Below are positions 58,203 to 64,000 of a stretch of 64,000 nt of DNA, in pieces. A program made the position numbers and the translations under genes. The DNA is from a virus (taxonomy: Duplodnaviria; Caudoviricetes). The notes beneath the pieces are model-generated. The model saw only the letters and a list, made by a program, of their open reading frames with translations, was not told the origin of the DNA and ran no database searches. Positions within the stretch are counted from its first letter, which is position 1. Each line of letters starts with the position of its first letter. The stretch is taken from positions 32,001-96,000 of IMG/VR virus record IMGVR_UViG_3300021255_003284; one strand, 5' to 3'.

Positions 58203-59245
58203 TCGTCGTCACCGCCGTCTATATCCGTGAACGGTACATCGTCGTCGTTGACTTCGTCGAACTCAGCCATCATGACGGTTTCGTCATCATCGCCGCTGTA
58301 TTCCGGCTTCTCGACGCGATACTTGTTCACCTCGTCTTCATATAGCTTTGTATATCCGTTCTTCAAGCCGAGCATCTTACAAAGATGTCCCATCCACGTA
58401 AACACATACTTGCGGAATTTGTTTTCCTTCAGCTCGTCATCTATGTCCGGCAGCGGCCGTTCGTTTTCGAACCGATACAGCCATACGCCCAAGGGGGTAT
58501 TTGTAAGCCCTGCGTCAGAATCTTCCTGCTTCTTTTGTACCGGCTTGAGGTTTGCGCTGCCCAGGAGCGTATTGAGGGCGATCACGCTCTTCTCGACGCT
58601 TCGCCCGGCAGCGCGGTCTCTGTTAATATCGAGCTCCAGCGAACATATCTGCCTGATCAGCGCTTCTGTCCCGACATCGATCTCCTCGTCAGACGAGAAC
58701 CTCGACATCCAGTGCGAGCGCCTCTGCTCGAGCTCCATATACATGCTCGGCTGATAGCCAGACCCCCAGAACACAATGACATCTTCCGGGATGTCATCCA
58801 TCGTGATCTCACCGCTGTCCGACGCAGACGATTCAGCCGTTTCTGCGTTCACATCAACCTTGCTCTGTGCCGGTGCACCGAACGACCACAGCGTTCCTTC
58901 TTTGATGAGGGTCTCGTCATATGATCTGTTGGAATAAGACTGCCCGTTCAGTCTGGATAAATACGAAGCGAACACCGAACGCGGTGACACCGCCTTCTCC
59001 ACCGAGCTGAACAGCGAGTCGTTCCAGTACAGGTCGAGCTTCCGGCACATCTGATGTACCGCGTCGCGCATATTCTTGCACTGTGACAGGTATATGTTAT
59101 AGATCGTGTCGACGCAGGTCTTGCAGAAGGGGAGATACCCAGTTCCTTTGTGCATATCTGCGTAGCTTGTCGAAAAGTTGCCCTTCCGACGTGGATATGT
59201 CTTACCGCATCTTGGGCAAACAGCGCTCTCAATATTGAGTTCCAT
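58199..59245 (-). CDS. Zn-finger protein upstream of TerL (possible small terminase)
   Basis: CPRC...CKTC; overlaps the terL start. Confidence 0.55.
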   Translation of the reverse strand: MELNIESAVCPRCGKTYPRRKGNFSTSYADMHKGTGYLPFCKTCVDTIYNIYLSQCKNMRDAVHQMCRKLDLYWNDSLFSSVEKAVSPRSVFASYLSRLNGQSYSNRSYDETLIKEGTLWSFGAPAQSKVDVNAETAESSASDSGEITMDDIPEDVIVFWGSGYQPSMYMELEQRRSHWMSRFSSDEEIDVGTEALIRQICSLELDINRDRAAGRSVEKSVIALNTLLGSANLKPVQKKQEDSDAGLTNTPLGVWLYRFENERPLPDIDDELKENKFRKYVFTWMGHLCKMLGLKNGYTKLYEDEVNKYRVEKPEYSGDDDETVMMAEFDEVNDDDVPFTDIDGGDDE

Positions 59246-59253
59246 GGCTAAAC

Positions 59254-59769
59254 TCAGTCACCGTCCACGACGGCGTCATCGTCTTCGTCCGCCATGTCGT
59301 CGTAATCGATTTCGATGTCTTCTCCCGAATCATCAAAATCAGCGAGCTCTCTTTCTTCCTCGTCGCTCCTGACACCCATGTCATACGTCCTCGCGCACAG
59401 CCTCAGGCGATGTCCGACATGGAACTTCGCGACATATCTCGGCAGATCTACCCGCGCGCCGTCAGGCCCGAGCAGGTGAACCACGGACCCCTTGTGTTCT
59501 TTGAGGTGCCACGAACCGAACCCTCTCAGCGAGACCGGCTCGCCGCGTCTCAACGCGTCCTCGACGACGCGTATAAGCCCGGAGAGCACAGCGTCTATGT
59601 CATTCTTTGTCAACGCGACGGTCTTCTCACTGCCGGGCACGCTGAAGTCGACCGTATTCCCGTCATCGTCGGTAACGTGCAAGATATGACGGTCTGTTTT
59701 GACGGTCTTTCTGATGCCTCCGAGCTTGAGGTACTGTGATATCGCGCTGATCAATCCCGATCTATTCAT
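59254..59769 (-). CDS. HU/IHF-like DNA-binding protein with insertion and acidic tail
   Basis: MNRSGLI...L.RGEPVSLRGFGSW...KF..G..L. Confidence 0.75.
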   Translation of the reverse strand: MNRSGLISAISQYLKLGGIRKTVKTDRHILHVTDDDGNTVDFSVPGSEKTVALTKNDIDAVLSGLIRVVEDALRRGEPVSLRGFGSWHLKEHKGSVVHLLGPDGARVDLPRYVAKFHVGHRLRLCARTYDMGVRSDEEERELADFDDSGEDIEIDYDDMADEDDDAVVDGD

Positions 59770-59845
59770 ATCCTTACCTTCCTTTTGCTCTAAAATAAAA
59801 TAGAGACTGAATCTCTCCAGTCTCACCGATATTGTGTGGTTCAAT

Positions 59846-60787
59846 TTATGTCGTAGCGTGAAATGCAAGCTTCCAAGCTTCGTAATCTCTTATAAGCTCG
59901 GAACGAGCTTCGCGAGGTCGTCCTCCTGACGTGCTGTCTCTCCGCCGTTCGTTCTTCACGAGTATACCAGAACTATCGACAAGAAAGTCGACAGGGTAGC
60001 CGGCGACCTCTTTTTCATATGTCCTGTAAAACACCCCGGACAGCCTGAGTGAGTAATACGACATCTTGTTCTTCCAGTCTAAATGACCGGATGCTGCCAG
60101 CTTCTTCCATATCTGCGTATTGCACGCATGTGTGCTTGCGAGGCCAGACGGTGTACGAATAATCTCTTCACCCTTTACTCTCTGTGTTTTATATGGTGTG
60201 CCGTTTCTGAATATAACCAGCGAATCAAGATTCGCGCAATTCATTAACGATGGCACCGCCTCTGTATATATCGGATATTCCGAACCGGCGAGCTTATACA
60301 CCATGTTGTCTATGTCGATATTGTTTTTGCTTACGAGACATATGTCAGACGTATCGATACCGCTAAACACCATCCACAGATAGCACCTGTACACGTCGTC
60401 TATCGACCTGTCCTTCTCAGGACGGAATATGGTGTTCATATAAGTATTTAGCTCGAAAGGGCATGATATAAGTTTACTTTTTACGACCGAAGTTTTGTCA
60501 ACTTCTATATCGGCAAGGTCGGACCGCGCGCCGTCGACGCCGCGTCTGACGCACCAGTTGGCGTAATTCTTAATGATCCTTACCCTTGCAGATATGTTCT
60601 TGAATCTGAAGCCGCACAAGTTCTCTATGGCACGATTTACTTCGTCGGGCGACTGAGAGGATACATCGCAGCCCCACTGTATTTCATAAGACTCGAGGTC
60701 GTTAAACATTATTCTAATCGCCCTTCTCATGCTCAAGCTTGTCGTCGTCTCCTGAATGAACTTTTCTTTAAGCTCGGCGTTATACAT
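59846..60787 (-). CDS. tyrosine-recombinase-fold protein, MrpR(YopR)-like putative repressor
   Basis: MYNAELKEKF start, L.FSGI, SLRLSG, C-terminal Y..WK; lacks the full R-H-R-Y set; lower GC; own promoter. Confidence 0.5.
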   Translation of the reverse strand: MYNAELKEKFIQETTTSLSMRRAIRIMFNDLESYEIQWGCDVSSQSPDEVNRAIENLCGFRFKNISARVRIIKNYANWCVRRGVDGARSDLADIEVDKTSVVKSKLISCPFELNTYMNTIFRPEKDRSIDDVYRCYLWMVFSGIDTSDICLVSKNNIDIDNMVYKLAGSEYPIYTEAVPSLMNCANLDSLVIFRNGTPYKTQRVKGEEIIRTPSGLASTHACNTQIWKKLAASGHLDWKNKMSYYSLRLSGVFYRTYEKEVAGYPVDFLVDSSGILVKNERRRDSTSGGRPREARSELIRDYEAWKLAFHATT

Positions 60788-60821
60788 GAGCACCTCCACA
60801 AAGAGTTGGATTCTATCGTTC

Positions 60822-60851
60822 ATGTTACCACGCGAAGCATCGACAAGTCAA
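60822..60851 (-). promoter_or_regulatory. possible sigmaA promoter
   Basis: TTGACT-18-TAACAT with TG extension, upstream of SD GGAGGTG. Confidence 0.45.
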
Positions 60852-60857
60852 CCCTGA

Positions 60858-62045
60858 TCAGAAGTTTATGTCATAACTGCATACGACACCTGTGTCATCA
60901 CACACGCATACGAGCTGCTGCGGTCGTCCAATAATACGCTTCTTGATGCAGTATTCGTCGACCCCGGAGAACGATCCGGCCATGATGACCTTGACACCCT
61001 GCACTTCATCGATCTTGTTATGGTGTTTATGCCCCATCAGGACAGCGTAAACGGGCTTCATGGTCATGGCCTTGATGTCAAGCACATTCCGTTCGCTCGG
61101 GTCGAAATCTCCGTGGACGCCACAATATGTCAGTCCGCGTATGTCGACAGAGTATATCGTCGGGTCTATCTTCTCATAAAGGCCGAAATGGACATTGTCC
61201 AGATTCTGGAGACGCGCCCGCAAGTACCACTCCAACAGGTCGTCGAGCCGTTCCCCGCCAATCTCATCGTCTTTGTTCGGACTGATCCGGCTGTGATTAC
61301 CCGCGACAGACACAAATCGGACTGATTTGAAATGGCAGCTCAACGCGGATAGGAACCAGGCAATCAGCTCAGAGACCCCGACGATCTGCTCTATGACGTT
61401 CTCTTTGTTGGAAAACCTGATATTTGCGTGGATCGCCCCACTGATCGCGTCGCCATTCTCCCAAACGACGCAGTTCTCGCTGTGGTGCCTCTCTGCAATA
61501 TCAAGTATCCTGTCGACGTACTCGACCATCATCTCTTTGCATATTTCCGAATTGTATTCTCCCCAGAAGTTTTCATGGCAGGCTCCGTAATGGATGTCGT
61601 TCAGCGATATAAGCAGGTCGTTATCCGACGGCTCGATTTCTGTTCGCTCATATTCGATCTTTGGCAAAGCGCCGCTTGACATAACGTCTCGCAGGATGTC
61701 GTAAACCTCTTCCTGCCTGGAACGCTCGCGTACAACGCGATTGAATTCGCGGCGCATATCGCTGAGCTTCCATCGTTCTTTCTGCATTTCGACGATCCTG
61801 TCATCGGTATCGTCCCGCGGCTTGACACGATCACCGCCTGCTTGGAATTCATCAAGCAACTCCAGCGTACAACGGCTGCCGTAGAACATGCGCCGCGCTA
61901 CATCGCTCGCATACTGTTTGCCGTACGCAAGCTCAGCAAGTTCTGAGTAATCTACATCAGCCAGCGTCTTGTCGACGAGCTTGCCGTATATGAGACGGCG
62001 GTGATATTCAAAATCCGTTTCGCCTGGTTTCCGTTCGACGTCCAT
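60858..62045 (-). CDS. calcineurin-like metallophosphoesterase
   Basis: DIHYG, GD, GNHSR, HGD, GHKHH. Confidence 0.82.
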   Translation of the reverse strand: MDVERKPGETDFEYHRRLIYGKLVDKTLADVDYSELAELAYGKQYASDVARRMFYGSRCTLELLDEFQAGGDRVKPRDDTDDRIVEMQKERWKLSDMRREFNRVVRERSRQEEVYDILRDVMSSGALPKIEYERTEIEPSDNDLLISLNDIHYGACHENFWGEYNSEICKEMMVEYVDRILDIAERHHSENCVVWENGDAISGAIHANIRFSNKENVIEQIVGVSELIAWFLSALSCHFKSVRFVSVAGNHSRISPNKDDEIGGERLDDLLEWYLRARLQNLDNVHFGLYEKIDPTIYSVDIRGLTYCGVHGDFDPSERNVLDIKAMTMKPVYAVLMGHKHHNKIDEVQGVKVIMAGSFSGVDEYCIKKRIIGRPQQLVCVCDDTGVVCSYDINF

Positions 62046-62049
62046 TATA

Positions 62050-62232
62050 TCACCGCCCGCCAGCAAAATGCACGTCGCCAGTCCGCAGCTCTTTCAGATA
62101 CTGCATGGCACGACGGTCTTCTTCGCAATAGTACCGGTGCCGCTTCGATTTTTGCCTCATCGTCCTGACGATCGTCACGTTCGGGAACCGCTCCAGGATG
62201 GCCTCTTTTTCCGCTTTGTTGATCACTACCAT
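62050..62232 (-). CDS. small basic hypothetical protein
   Basis: SD AAAGGA; first gene after the intergenic gap. Confidence 0.55.
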   Translation of the reverse strand: MVVINKAEKEAILERFPNVTIVRTMRQKSKRHRYYCEEDRRAMQYLKELRTGDVHFAGGR

Positions 62233-62418
62233 TTGTTGACAGATCATTCCTTTTATATATTATTGACAGACTTATACGCGCGCCCACAGCGGCTGTATGC
62301 GCTGGTTGTGTGAATTTTGAAAAATTGCGCGTATTTATCTATCATTATATGTATCTCATCAAATTGGCCGAAACGCCCGTGTGGTGGGCGTTTCAGCGAT
62401 TTTGATTTTCCAACAAAT

Positions 62419-63192
62419 TCAGAAGGCCGCGGCAAGCTGATTTCTCAAACGCATGACGGAGTTTATGTTCTGACGCATTGCGATCTCCTGCGCGCATGTC
62501 TTGCAATACTTTTTCTTCCGGCCCTTGATCGGGTCATTGAGCTTTGTCGTCACGCCGCAGCTCTCACACGTAAAATACGGCTCGCCGCGATACATGAGGT
62601 ATTGATAACCAAGGTTCCTGTAATCGGATACGCCGACCGCCTCTTGACCGTCCTCGATAAAGCATACCCGGACATTGGTGTTGTCGACCTTCTTTGAGAA
62701 CTGGATGAGGCCAAGCTCTCTTAGCGTGTGATACATCGCGCTCTGCCGCCTGATTGACGTATTGATGTTCGCCATCCGCATGATGTCGCTGTCTTTGCTG
62801 TTGACCCAGTGATCGCCGTTCGGGTTGACAAGGTCCCAATATTTCGCGAGGCAGAGCAGCGTGAACGCAAGGCGCTGCAGCTGTCGGCCCGGAAGCGCGT
62901 TGATCCGTTCGATCTCATTCGTCGACACGCTGACGCGGTCGATCTCTATCGAGGAATATTTTGCCGCCCTGTCGACAGCGTAATCGATCGTTTCGGCCCA
63001 CTTCGGAAGTGAAGCCGTCTGGTCGCACTGCAGCACGAATGTTTCTATTAGATCGCGCGTTTTCTGCTTTGAGTAACCCTGATTGAGGTAATATTTGGCC
63101 ACGCGGCACAGCGTTTCGTACGGCCTCTTGCCGAGCGAGCGCGCTTCGATCATTTCTTTTGCCCATACCTGTTCATTCAATACAATCGTCAT
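62419..63192 (-). CDS. hypothetical protein with wHTH-like region and C-terminal Zn finger
   Basis: Start MTIVLNE with SD GAGGTGG; CESC...YCKTC; overlaps the upstream RNAP-like gene. Confidence 0.6.
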   Translation of the reverse strand: MTIVLNEQVWAKEMIEARSLGKRPYETLCRVAKYYLNQGYSKQKTRDLIETFVLQCDQTASLPKWAETIDYAVDRAAKYSSIEIDRVSVSTNEIERINALPGRQLQRLAFTLLCLAKYWDLVNPNGDHWVNSKDSDIMRMANINTSIRRQSAMYHTLRELGLIQFSKKVDNTNVRVCFIEDGQEAVGVSDYRNLGYQYLMYRGEPYFTCESCGVTTKLNDPIKGRKKKYCKTCAQEIAMRQNINSVMRLRNQLAAAF

Positions 63193-64000
63193 TATCCACC
63201 TCGATGATCCTTGAGTCGATGCTGAATCTGTTGCCGCCGTACTCGATATCGCCGTCATCATCAAGAACGGGGAACGAGATCACGTTTCCATTTTGTTTCA
63301 GGAGATTTCTGATAATGTCTGTCCCGCACATACTCCACGCGAAGCGCCTCGTCGCGTTCTTCGCGTAACATATGTCGAGGACAATATTGCACAGTGCATC
63401 CCTGTCAGGACAGATCGAGACGCACTCGCGCTGAAAGTCGTCGTTGATAATTGTCATGACTTTGAGCGCCTCGCACTCGTCGACTCGCTCCCTGTCAGAA
63501 AACATTGCGTAGCTCTTTAAGCGCTTGTTGTATTCATCGTACAGCTTCTTGATCGCGTTGAACTGCTTTTGCGAGTATACCGCGTCACTGCGCATAATAC
63601 GATAGTCGAATGGCATGTCCGTACTCGTCTTGCCGATGTACCCGTCAAACTCACTCTCAAAACGCGCGCATATCCTGTTCATGACACACGCGTTCGTGCC
63701 GACCGGCATCTTGTGCTCGTAATATCTGAGGAAATCCTTCTGGGCATCGGTAAGCTCGCCATATGGAGTTTCTTTCATCTCGTCCACGGTCATGTCGAAC
63801 TCGCGGAGCGCGTTGCGCGTGGTGTTTTTGACATAGGTGTTGTATTTCTTCATGAGGTCTGGATAAATGTACCTCATGAAGTACGGCTTGCGGTCCGCGA
63901 CGATGCTGCGATAGAACGCTTTGGTATCCTCGTCTTCAATCAGGTTGACGCTGTGCCGGTCGTGCCATGTGCGCGGCTCCGGCTTGGCGACAATACCTTT
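63173..64000 (-). CDS. C-terminus of a YonO-like single-subunit RNA polymerase (5' end outside the window)
   Basis: Frame open to the window edge: KGIVAKPEPRTW...KPYFMRYIYP...CVMNRIC; sits at the head of the late operon as in SPbeta. The catalytic DxDGD motif is not in the window. Confidence 0.6.
   Translation of the reverse strand, partial: KGIVAKPEPRTWHDRHSVNLIEDEDTKAFYRSIVADRKPYFMRYIYPDLMKKYNTYVKNTTRNALREFDMTVDEMKETPYGELTDAQKDFLRYYEHKMPVGTNACVMNRICARFESEFDGYIGKTSTDMPFDYRIMRSDAVYSQKQFNAIKKLYDEYNKRLKSYAMFSDRERVDECEALKVMTIINDDFQRECVSICPDRDALCNIVLDICYAKNATRRFAWSMCGTDIIRNLLKQNGNVISFPVLDDDGDIEYGGNRFSIDSRIIEVDNDDCIE

Noticed and set aside
1-64000. tRNA or rRNA genes
   Set aside because: No cloverleaf or rRNA-like sequence recognised by eye in the short intergenic gaps; a covariance search would be needed to exclude them formally.

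Overview
The whole window is one temperate tailed phage genome segment (siphovirus-type, SPbeta-like organisation), GC-rich, with Firmicute-style Shine-Dalgarno sequences and sigmaA-type promoters; the host is most likely an anaerobic Clostridia-class bacterium (inference). The plus strand (1-15.6 kb) carries replication and nucleotide-metabolism genes: dnaE, a ThyX-like protein, dNMP kinase, ClpP, PhoH, NrdH-NrdD-NrdG with a ferredoxin:disulfide-reductase-like protein, a frameshifted MT-A70 methyltransferase, dUTPase and an RNA ligase. These end in a Tn916-type xis-int pair and a probable intact attP. nrdD is split by a group I intron carrying an HNH endonuclease and also contains an intein that appears to start with Pro. 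The minus strand (64 kb to 15.9 kb) is the late region: the C-terminus of a YonO-like RNA polymerase, a phosphoesterase, an MrpR-like protein, HU, terminase, portal, protease/scaffold, capsid, neck and tail genes, a 3410-aa tape measure protein, Dit, Tal, two receptor-binding/esterase proteins, lysis genes and a six-gene cluster of unknown function. The most striking unexplained structure is that the low-GC C-terminal esterase modules of the two receptor-binding genes are bounded by the same pair of short DNA motifs, which suggests a site-specific cassette-exchange system. All calls come from reading motifs by eye; no searches were run.
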